From: Nemertoderma westbladi
Lineage: Eukaryota > Animalia > Xenacoelomorpha
Direction: 5' to 3'
DNA: 46,046 nucleotides
Assembly (NCBI GenBank): GCA_032718475.1
Contig: JAUCBJ010007893.1
Location: forward strand, 1 to 46,046
The number at the start of each line of letters is the position of its first letter. Position 1 is the first letter of the stretch. Positions 35,408 through 46,046 of the stretch are shown in pieces. The notes beneath the pieces are model-generated. The model saw only the letters and a list, made by a program, of their open reading frames with translations, made no database searches and was not told the DNA's origin. The translations under genes were made by a program, and so were the position numbers.

Positions 35408-38400
35408 ATAGAATCAAGGGAATGAGAAAAAGTATATAGAATCCAGAGAATGAGAAAAAGTATATAGAATCCATAAATGAGAGAACGTATATAGAATGCA
35501 GAGAATAAGAAAAAGTATATAGAATCCAGAGAATGAGAAAAAGTATATAGAATCCATAAATGAGAAAAGTACATAGAATCAAGGGAATGAGAAAAAGTAT
35601 ATAGAATACAGGGAATGAGAAAACGTATATAGAATCCAGAGAATGAGAAAAAGTATATAGAATCCAGAGAACGAGAAAAAGTATATAGAATCCATAAATG
35701 AGAAAAGTACATAGAATCAAGGGAATGAGAAAAAGTATATAGAGACCAGGGAATGAGAAAAAGTATATAGAATACAGGGAATGCGAAAAAGTATATAGAA
35801 TACAGGGAATGCGAAAAAGTATATAGAATCCAGAGAATGAGAAAAAGTATATAGAATCCAGAGAACGAGAAAAAGTATATAGAATCCATAAATGAGAAAA
35901 GTACATAGAATCAAGGGAATGAGAAAAAGTATATAGAATACAGGGAATGAGAAAACGTATATAGAATCCAGAGAATGAGAAAAAGTATATAGAATCCAGA
36001 GAACGAGAAAAAGTATATAGAATCCATAAATGAGAAAAGTACATAGAATCAAGGGAATGAGAAAAAGTATATAGAAAACAGGGAATGAGAAAACGTATAC
36101 AGAATACAGGGAATGAGAAAAAGTATATAGAATCCAGAGAATGAGAAAAAGTATATAGAATGCAGAGAATGAGAAATAGTATATAGAATCCAGAGAAGGA
36201 GAAAATGTATATAGAATCCATAAATGAGAAAACGTATATAGAATGCAGATAATAAGAAAAAGTATATAGAATCCAGAGAATGAGAAAAAGTATATAGAAA
36301 ACAGGGAATGAGAAAACGTATACAGAATACAGGGAATGAGAAAAAGTATATAGAATACAGAGAATGAGAAAAAGTATATAGAATCCATAAATGAGAAAAG
36401 TACATAGAATCAAGGGAATGAGAAAAAGTATATAGAATACAGGGAATGAGAAAACGTATATAGAATCCAGTGAATGAGAAAAAGTATATAGAATCCATAA
36501 ATGAGAAAAGTACATAGAATCAAGGGAATGAGAAAAAGTATATAGAATACAGGGAATGAGAAAAAGTACATAGAGTTAAGGGAATGAGAAAAAGTATATA
36601 GAATACAGGGAATGAGAAAACGTATATAGAATCCATAAATGAGAAAAGTACATAGAATCAAGGGAATGAGAAAAAGTATATAGAATACAGGGAATGAGAA
36701 AAAGTATATAGAGTTAAGGGAATGAGAAAAAGTATATAGAATACAGGGAATGAGAAAACGTATATAGAATACAGGGAATGAGAACAAGTATATAGAATGC
36801 AGGGAATGAGAAAAAGTATATCGAATACAGGGAATGAGAAAATGTATATAGAATCCAGAGAATGAGAAAAAGTATATAGAATACAGGGAATGAGAAAAAG
36901 TATATAGAATACAGGGAATGAGAAAAAGTATATAGAATCTAGAGAATGAGAAAAAGTATATATATAGAATCCATAAATGAGGAAAGTACATAGAATCAAG
37001 GGAATGAGAAAAAGTATATAGAATACAGGGAATGAGAAAAAGTATATAGAATCCAGAGAATAAGAAAAAGTATATAGAATCCAGAGAATGAGAAAAAGTA
37101 TATAGAATCCAGAGAATGAGAAAAAGTATATAGAATCCATAAATGAGAAAAGTACATAGAATCAAGGGAATGAGAAAAAGTATATAGAATCCAGAGAATG
37201 AGAAAAAGTATATAGAATGCAGAGAATGAGAAAACGTATACAGAATACAGGGAATGAGAAAAAGTATATAGAATCCAGAGAATGAGAAAAAGTATATAGA
37301 ATCCATAAATGAGGAAAGTACATAGAATCAAGGGAATGAGAAAAAGTATATAGAATACAGGGAATGAGAAAAAGTATATAGAATCCAGAGAATAAGAAAA
37401 AGTATATAGAATCCAGAGAATGAGAAAAAGTATATAGAATCCAGAGAATGAGAAAAAGTATATAGAATCCATAAATGAGAAAAGTACATAGAATCAAGGG
37501 AATGAGAAAAAGTATATAGAATCCAGAGAATGAGAAAAAGTATATAGAATGCAGAGAATGAGAAAACGTATACAGAATACAGGGAATGAGAAAAAGTATA
37601 TAGAATCCAGAGAATGAGAAAAAGTATATAGAATCCATAAATGAGAAAAGTACATAGAATCAAGGGAATGAGAAAAAGTATATAGAATCCAGAGAATGAG
37701 AAAAAGTATATAGAATGCAGAGAATGAGAAAACGTATACAGAATACAGGGAATGAGAAAAAGTATATAGAATCCAGAGAAGGAGAAAAGGTATATAGAAT
37801 CCATAAATGAGAAAACGTATATAGAATGCAGATAATAAGAAAAAGTATATAGAATCCAGAGAATGAGAAAAAGTATATAGAAAACAGGGAATGAGAAAAC
37901 GTATACAGAATACAGGGAATGAGAAAAAGTATATAGAATACAGAGAATGAGAAAAAGTATATAGAATCCATAAATGAGAAAAGTACATAGAATCAAGGGA
38001 ATGAGAAAAAGTATATAGAATACAGGGAATGAGAAAACGTATATAGAATACAGGGAATGAGAAAAAGTATATAGAATCCAGAGAATGAGAAAAAGTATAT
38101 AGAATCCATAAATGAGAAAAGTACATAGAATCAAGGGAATGAGAAAAAGTATATAGAATCCAGAGAATGAGAAAAAGTATATAGAATGCAGAGAATGAGA
38201 AATAGTATATAGAATCCAGAGAAGGAGAAAAGGTATATAGAATCCATAAATGAGAAAACGTATATAGAATGCAGATAATAAGAAAAAGTATATAGAATCC
38301 AGAGAATGAGAAAAAGTATATAGAAAACAGGGAATGAGAAAACGTATACAGAATACAGGGAATGAGAAAAAGTATATAGAATACAGAGAATGAGAAAAAG

Positions 38401-39843
38401 TATATAGAATCCATAAATGAGAAAAGTACATAGAATCAAGGGAATGAGAAAAAGTATATAGAATACAGGGAATGAGAAAACGTATATAGAATCCAGTGAA
38501 TGAGAAAAAGTATATAGAATCCATAAATGAGAAAAGTACATAGAATCAAGGGAATGAGAAAAAGTATATAGAATACAGGGAATGAGAAAATGTATATAGA
38601 GTTAAGGGAATGAGAAAAAGTATATAGAATGCAGAGAATGAGAAATAGTATATAGAATCCATAAATGAGAAAAAGTATATAGAATACAGGGAATGAGAAA
38701 ACGTATATAGAATCTAGTGAATGAGAAAAAGTATATAGAATCCATAAATGAGAAAAGTACATAGAATCAAGGGAATGAGAAAAAGTATATAGAATACAGG
38801 GAATGAGAAAAAGTATATAGAGTTAAGGGAATGAGAAAAAGTATATAGAGTTAAGGGAATGAGAAAAAGTATATAGAATACAGGGAATGAGAAAACGTAT
38901 ATAGAATACAGGGAATGAGAACAAGTATATAGAATGCAGGGAATGAGAAAAAGTATATCGAATACAGGGAATGAGAAAATGTATATAGAATCCAGAGAAT
39001 GAGAAAAAGTATATAGAATACAGGGAATGAGAAAAAGTATATAGAATACAGGGAATGAGAAAAAGTATATAGAATCTAGAGAATGAGAAAAAGTATATAT
39101 ATAGAATCCATAAATGAGGAAAGTACATAGAATCAAGGGAATGAGAAAAAGTATATAGAATACAGGGAATGAGAAAAAGTATATAGAATCCAGAGAATAA
39201 GAAAAAGTATATAGAATCCAGAGAATGAGAAAAAGTATATAGAAAAAAGGGAATGAGAAAACGTATACAGAATACAGGGAATGAGAAAAAGTATATAGAA
39301 TCCAGAGAATGAGAAAAAGTATATAGAATCCATAAATGAGAAAAGTACATAGAAACAAGGGAATGAGAAAAAGTATATAGAATACAGGGAATGAGAAAAA
39401 GTATATAGAGTTAAGGGAATGAGAAAAAGTATATAGAATACAGGGAATGAGAAAACGTATATAGAATACAGGGAATGAGAACAAGTATATAGAATGCAGG
39501 GAATGAGAAAAAGTATATAGAATACAGGGAATGAGAAAAAGTATATAGAATACAGGGGATGATAAAAAGTATATAGAGTTAAGGGAATGAGAAAAAGTAT
39601 ATCGAATACAGGGAATGAGAAAATGTATATAGAATCCAGAGAATGAGAAAAAGTATATAGAATACAGGGAATGAGAAAAAGTATATAGAATACAGGGAAT
39701 GAGAAAAAGTATATAGAATCTAGAGAATGAGAAAAAGTATTTATATAGAATCCATAAATGAGGAAAGTACATAGAATCAAGGGAATGAGAAAAAGTATAT
39801 AGAATACAGGGAATGAGAAAAAGTATATAGAGTCCAGAGAATG
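35408..39843. repeat. 27-28 bp minisatellite, right block (about 4.4 kb) with higher-order repeats
   Basis: Variant units (CCATAA, TCAAGG, CCAGAG, ACAGGG) recur in multi-unit blocks, e.g. a 166-bp period at 37.0-37.7 kb. Confidence 0.97.
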
Positions 39844-39934
39844 CAAAACTATAAAATATAGTGAAAAATGTGCAAAACTATAGTTTATATTATAAACTGA
39901 TAGCCTATACTTCTGTACTTAGAGGCCGAACTAC

Positions 39935-41185
39935 CTGTATTTTCGGATGATCGTCCACCGTCGACGCGATTAACTCATCGAAGTTCTCCGTACCGGACAG
40001 TCCGGGACCAGCGTACTTCTTATTAACGAGGAACTTTACGGCGCTGAGACATTTATGGGCGACGGTGTTCGGCAGCAGGTGCGGCTCAACTTCCCACTGC
40101 TTAGCGAGACGAGTGACAAGTTTAGTTATCGTTCGGGGTCGGAGTTTCTCGCGACGAACTGGAATGGAAAGTCGCGTTAACTCGCGGATTTGGAGGAATA
40201 AATCCACGTCGAAGTACGGAACGCAGAACTCGTCGACCGTGGCTACATAAGCCTCCCGGAGGGCTTTATCGTTCCGACAGATTGTTTCAGCAGTCGGACT
40301 CATATCAATGAGGAACAGAGGGATTAGAACCTCGTTGAGGATGTTGGGGATAGAGGACTGGAGTTTGTGGGTCTGTACGAGTCTGGCGGCGGCGCGAAAG
40401 TCGCCCCCCTCTATGTGTTCGTGAGTTGCGACGACGGCTTCCTCGCGGTTCAACTCGCGTTTATTTGCGAGCTGGTTGTCACGATGGAGGTGGTTCCAAG
40501 GAGTGGTTTCCGTTGTGTTGGCAGCACGATAGTTGTGCGGGATCATCTGCGCGGAAGTCCCGATGTTCTGTGGAGGTGGCGGGTTACGGAACGGCGTGCA
40601 GAACGAATCAGTTTCGATGAGGTCGCATTGGGGCGGTCCGGGAAAGTAAACTCCCTCGGATGGGGGGTATCCGGCCCCCTCGGGGTAAGCTGTCCCTGAG
40701 CCGTGGTAAGGAGGGTAATATTCGCCATAGTCATCACCATCGTCAAGGAAACCGGCCATAAAGTCCTCGTCGTTTCCTTCGTAACCTCCCGGGACCAGGT
40801 TGTTATACCCGTCGTTTGGCTGGGTGTAGCCGTTATTATTAGTGGCGGTATGGTGGTTTATAGACAAGGCGTTCATTCTATTGGAGACCTCGTTAGTGTA
40901 GGGCGGGGGCGGGTAGTAGTTAGGCTGTGCTTCTATCTCATTGTCCCAGCATTCTGTACCCCAACCTGCCGCTTCTCCCACCTGTGTGTAATTATTAACT
41001 GGTATGTCAGGGCTCCAATGTTCTTGGTGTTGGGAACAGCCCTGGGGCCCCTGGAACATTTGTTCTTGGGAGAAATTACATGCTGGATTTACCGTTACCG
41101 GTAGGTGATTTTGTTGGGAGTTATTATTAGCGGAATACTGGAAATTCGCATCACTAGAGCTGTAATTATTGTTAGGCCTATACAT
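39935..41185 (-). CDS. EXD3: mut-7/EXD3 homolog, exon 1 (low-complexity N-terminus + helical N-terminal domain)
   Basis: 417 codons from ATG; DFRAAARLVQTHKLQ..EVLIPLFL..KLVTRLAKQW..LLPN..AVKFLVNKKY resembles the EXD3 N-terminal helical region; donor CAG|GTAGTT phase 0 joins exon 2 in frame (DDHPKIQ|VKLVEEI). Confidence 0.8.
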
Positions 41186-41426
41186 AGTTGCATAGCAAAT
41201 ATATTTATTTATTACTGTATTACCGGTATCTGATTATATATCAGTATATTGTCTCTTTTTATTACTGTCAGACAGTAGGCCCTACTGCCAGACTGCTGTC
41301 TGCAGTAGCCAGTAAAAGGTGCCTATTCTGCCTATTACAGTATTACAGTCGGTCTGTCGGTGAGAAGTTCAAATTTCAATTGATTAAGCTGGACTGACTG
41401 ATTGGTAAACTATAAAAAAGCGACCC

Positions 41427-41452
41427 AAATGGCGCCATCGCCATCCTGCCAT
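41427..41452. promoter_or_regulatory. YY1-like ATGGCG/GCCAT cluster about 250 bp upstream of the ATG (possible core promoter)
   Basis: AAATGGCGCCATCGCCATCCTGCCAT; motif only. Confidence 0.3.
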
Positions 41453-41597
41453 CTAGCAGATAGACAGATAGATCAGAAAAATGGGTTATATTCGTTTGTG
41501 CCCCGCAAAGTGGTGTTAGAGGAGAGAGGGCTGTTGCTGTTGCGCTGTCAGTCAGAGAGTTAACAGCCCGTGCGGTAAGGATTTACCTCTGGGACCT

Positions 41598-42338
41598 GAG
41601 ATTGAGATTGTTTATTGAGCAATAGTCAAATATATGGTTATGGTTAATTATGACATAAACACCAATTAATTAAATATCATCCATAAATATTAACAGCACT
41701 AATTTATTAAGTGGTTACATCGAGCTGCGCGGGGATAACCTCATGAGTTATTCAACTCGTTTCCATGAAGGTCCCCGAATGTATCAGTTAAGTCCAACAT
41801 AATGTTAAAAACGTAAATAAACAAACTAATAAGAATATTCACGATTACGATACTAGGCCTATTAAAAATCTAATAAATGTAAAAGGTCTTTTTGGTTAAA
41901 TTTTCTAAAATTTTATAAAATCGTTTGAAAATCATTCTAAAAAATATAGTTGACATGTAAGTTGACATAAAATATAGATACATACATACAATGTCGTCGC
42001 TTTACTAATATTTATTTATTTAAGTTAAAGCGAATTGAATTAAAATCTTAAAATATTTAAAAAAGAGTTTTAATGGTTAAAGTTATTCTAATAATCTAAT
42101 AATCTGTTATTGAATTTTAAATAAAAATGTAGTCATTATTTTCATTTTCAGCTGCCATTGACAAAAGGTATCTTTTTACAGAGTGTTTGAAAGTTTCCAG
42201 AGTTTCACAGCTGCGAGTAACCAATGGTAGACCGTTCCAACCAACGGCCCCGCGGTACGAAAAGGAACTGCACCCTCTAACCAGGTTACGACGAGGTATG
42301 ACGGCCCGGTTCTCGCCTCCCGATTGCAGCCCAGAGTG
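41598..42338 (-). mobile_element. 5'-truncated L2/CR1-type LINE 3' end
   Basis: SFSYRGAVGWNGLP..LETFKHSVK ORF2 C-terminus (42117-42330); AATAAA + (CAATCT)n tail; absent from the paralogous site GGGACCTGTATTAGG at 1338-1352. Confidence 0.85.
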
Positions 42339-42804
42339 ACCCGTATTAGGCAAAATAGAAGACCATAGTAGAAAATACAAGACCATATAAATTAGACCAC
42401 CATCCAGCCATCTGTAAAATGCTCGCCTGAGTTCAGGAGTTGCACAGATGTCAGGATGTGCTGATTCTATAATTATATATCATCCACTAACGGATTCTGG
42501 TAGCCTGGAACTACACCACTACAAAAACTGATGCGACAGAGCGAGGTGCCGTTAGCCTACAGTACATTGGCTGATTGGCCTAACATTTCTCGGAGGCTGG
42601 TCCGATAACACTCAAAGCATTGTTTGGTTGGACAATGGACATTATTGCAGAACAGTGTACATTAGGCCTATTTATTACATACTGATTAGTATGGATTGAG
42701 AAATTGGATATATTTGGACGTCAATGGATGGATAGGTTTGGTTTGAGAAACTAATCATACCTAATCCTACCTAATCATATCTTTGCGATAATTATTACTA
42801 GATC

Positions 42805-43134
42805 CATTGGCCCCCAGCCACCTTCAACAAAGCATCGTTGCTGGGGGGCACTCAGCTGAGGGGGTGGAGTGCATTAAAAACTCTAAGTATCGCGACCTAA
42901 TGAACCGGGGCCATATCTTTCACCCTGTGGCCTTTGAGACCTTTGGCCGCCCCGGTCCAGAGACATCCACCTTCCCCCGGGAGATCGGGGCTCGTCTCCA
43001 CAGTGCCACCCACGAATCGCGCTCGGTCACACCAGTTTCTGCTCCAGCGCCTGGAGATGGCAATTTTGGTTGGTAATGCCGCCTCAGTCATGGGGACAGC
43101 AATCACGCCGACCATCGGTCTATTCGGGGACTGA
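42805..43134 (+). pseudogene. CRE-clade non-LTR retrotransposon C-terminal restriction-like endonuclease fragment
   Basis: LAPSHL..E..K.SKY..FHPVAFETFG..G; then frameshift; FLLQRLEMAILVGNAASVMGT. Confidence 0.85.
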
Positions 43135-43195
43135 AGAGCCGAAACTGTCGAAATGGTTGCCAATATGGAATCACACCAACGGGATGACGGCCGAA

Positions 43196-43724
43196 GATAT
43201 TCAATATTATATTATATTCAATTCGGTATAGTTCCTTCAATTCAATATTCAATCTTAGTATTATTTCTGTGCTTCCTTATTTAATAATGTGATTAGATAA
43301 AAAAATAAATTAATGAAATATAATTAATCTGTTAATTATTACAAAAAAAAATCCAAAATTATATTAACATTTATATAGTTTTAAATTAAATGTTTCGAAA
43401 TCAACAGTCTTTCAATGAACTTATACAGCAGTGTCATACTGTATATCGCGTATCCCTTGGTTTAATCACTATTCTTTATTCAAGTATAACTGAATCCTGG
43501 CCCGCCGCCTTCACCCTCCACTGATAATTTAAAATCGTAACTCATTCAATCTTTGACTAAATTATACCAACCTTGGTAAACATGTAATCTTGTCTATCGG
43601 CTAAAATAAACACAACTTGCTAAAATTTCCCCTATAATGTTTTTTCCTATAGAACAGGATGCAGTTTTATTTTAGTAGTAAACAAGCTGTTATTTGCGTC
43701 GATTTTCACCTGGAGAGGGAAGAA
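43196..43724 (+). repeat. Dispersed duplication, copy 2
   Basis: Near-identical to 19737-20278. Confidence 0.95.
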
Positions 43725-45329
43725 TGGTGGTAGGAATGAGGTGGTGAGCTGATTGTCTGATTGTGGCATTGTCATCTTGTGCACACCCCTGGTTTTAAAA
43801 ACTTTTAGTGTCATGAAAAATACCGTAAAATCTGTGACTGCAAGCTCTTATATAATGGTCTGCATAGCAAAAAAAAATATTTTTTAAAATATTTTATCGA
43901 GCTCCTTTTTTTTAGCACCTAAAAATGTGTTCTAGAACATTTCTTCGGTGGTGTGCGGAGTTGTCGAATTTAGATAACTTGAATACTGATTCCTTATAAT
44001 AGCCATTATATGCGAAATTCGCTCAGGATTTCAAATCTGCAAACAGTTTCGTCATATCTTGTTTAGTTTACGAGATATCGTGGAAAATGTGATGCGCACC
44101 CAAAAAGTGCGTGTGGCGCCAAATTTTCAATTTTCAGTAAATTAAAATATTTACTAAAAAATGAAAATTATCGATTTCTATAGGTTTTTTGCGATGCTGA
44201 ATGCAATGGTAATATTTTCCAGAAGGCTGGGTGAATTGTCATACTACTTTTCATTGGGTGCTGAAATTTGGAAAATGAAAATCAAATTTTCAACCATTGG
44301 AAATTTCCAATATAAAGCTCTGATTTACGATCTATTAAGGTTCTGTTTGTTGCTGAATGTAACAGTAATGTTTTTTCAATAAGAGGTTTACTGTGTGTAT
44401 ATAATTTTTACCAAACTGTCTAAATAATATGATGAGATATATTTAATTTCTAATTCATACGTTTGTATTATTGTCATCATACTTATATATTCAAAAATAT
44501 TTCAAAACACAATACTTCGATTAATTATCTTTATGTATTTTTATTAAACTTTTATGAATATTTATATAATATATATATATATTTATATATATTTATTGCA
44601 CGTGCAATGAGCAAGGGTGCCTGGTTGCCAGTTGCTTTCTGTAATTTGAATCAACCGCAAAAAATATATCAATTAACTGCGCCTTTCTAACATCTATCTA
44701 CTTGAAATCTACTATTAATATACTAGGTATAAGTGTATAATTGTTATAATTATAATGTTCTGATGTAATTATAACTGATACAAGTAAATAATAAATGTTC
44801 TTTACGTTTTACTGGCATAGAAGTTATGCCAAATCCCCCGAACACCCCCCCTCCCCTCCTCAATTTTCAATTTTGCTCGAAGTCACAGACTAGTTAACCA
44901 GTGAGCTTAGTTGTTCATATGCTGCTCGAAGTCGTATAAGCTCTGCCGAAATGAAGGAACAATCAAGGGTGACTATTTATTTTTACAAACTGTGGGTCGA
45001 ATAGTGCAAACCAAATGAGAGTGAAATTTGACATTCTTTCAAAGCATCCAAAAAGGTTGAAGTCACTAAGGCTAAATAACTGGTTGGCCAACAGAAAAGT
45101 TAGTCATATAGTTGGAAGAACTGTGAATGCTTTTAAATCTAACCCTCGGTGCTTTTAGAGCGGAATAAATGGCTAGTCCAATATGTAATAACTTCTGAGG
45201 TCACATGGTTCATCTGAGCTTTCTACAGTAGCAACGATCTCTCCAACACCCTAAAGAATCTGGCTCAACTTACTAGTCAATCGCCTCCACCAACAGTCTC
45301 ATTGCGTCTCATAAAGAGGGCAATCCCAA

Positions 45330-45974
45330 TCACTGCCTTGGCTAAAGGTAAATCTCCCGACTCTGGCTACATTGGTCGTCGAACACCTTCTAACCCTGGA
45401 CCCCGATTATATTTGTGAAGTAATGTCAGAGATGCTGAATGCTTGTTTCCGCGTAGGTGCAGTACCAGAAATTGTTGGTAAGACAATTATTAAACACATA
45501 TACAAGGGTAGAATATAGGATCCACTTCTTGACTCCTATCGAGCCATTGCCACTGTCAGTATACTGGCTAAAGTGTTTGAGTCAACAATACTAATGGAGT
45601 TCATTCCTTCCACATACAATCACCATCCTATGCAGACTGCATATCAGAAGGAGATAGGCACAGACATCATTCTGAGTGGTCTTCTCGAAGTCCTGGAAGA
45701 ACAGAGGCAAAAAGGTCAGACTACTATCTTATGCCAGTTAGACATGGCTGCTGCTTTCGACAGGGTTGACTTTACCATCCTTTTCGACAATCTGAATGAG
45801 GTCCTGAACCCCCATATCTGCCTCGTTCTAGCTCATTATTATTATATTATTTGCGCTTACTTGAATTTCGATGGACTAATAAGTCACCAAGGAATTATTC
45901 TAACTAAGGGTGTTAAACAGGGCTCGATTCTTCCACCATTTTTACTCTTGATTTATACAAACAGGGAAATATGA
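45330..45974 (+). pseudogene. Decayed non-LTR retrotransposon reverse transcriptase fragment
   Basis: LAKGKSPD, DSYRAIA..ILAKVFE, QTAYQ, LDMAAAFDRV, GVKQGSILPPFLL; breaks before the YADD motif. Confidence 0.85.
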
Positions 45975-46046
45975 AATGGGAAACAGAGTGGAAGGGTTTA
46001 CTGTGGAAGATCATCCATGGTGGTGAACAGGCATTCCTTGGCTTAA

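Noticed and set aside
31610-39846. Many long F/Y/I/L/S-rich minus-strand ORFs (up to 398 aa) resembling membrane proteins
   Set aside because: Artefacts of a stop-poor 27-28 bp minisatellite, open in all three frames
40065-41104. Plus-strand ORFs overlapping EXD3 exon 1 (similarly over exon 2, RTE and BEL)
   Set aside because: Antisense shadows of real coding sequence
43821-44891. Possible TIR element (TCTGTGACTGCAAGC / GCTCGAAGTCACAGA)
   Set aside because: Only a partial inverted match, with no matching terminus or TSD

Overview
Eukaryotic (almost certainly invertebrate metazoan) genomic DNA, dominated by transposable elements. One host gene is supported: a two-exon, minus-strand mut-7/EXD3/Nibbler-like DEDDy 3'-5' exonuclease (join 41185..39935, 28867..27806; about 770 aa). 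It has a long N/Q/Y/G/P-rich N-terminus and no visible MUT7-C domain. Its 11 kb intron holds a 27-28 bp minisatellite, a 5'-truncated RTE LINE and a hAT-like transposase element. Bases 1539-17051 are a single short tRNA-derived SINE inflated to about 15.5 kb by nested insertions: a long-TIR element containing a CACTA-like element with MITEs, and a PHD-CR1 LINE containing a hairpin-ended insert. Empty sites for the SINE and for two neighbouring elements are visible in a paralogous block at 41.5-43.7 kb. Bases 21.1-23.9 kb are a decayed BEL/Pao pol. After its polypurine tract lies a same-strand, degraded ORF encoding a second DEDDy (WRN/RNase D-like) exonuclease plus two CCHC zinc knuckles. This is the best candidate for a novel system: a retrotransposon accessory nuclease, possibly encoded inside the LTR, lying convergent to the host small-RNA-trimming exonuclease. 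CRE, L2/CR1 and RT fragments lie at the right end. All family calls come from motif recognition by eye; no database searches were run.
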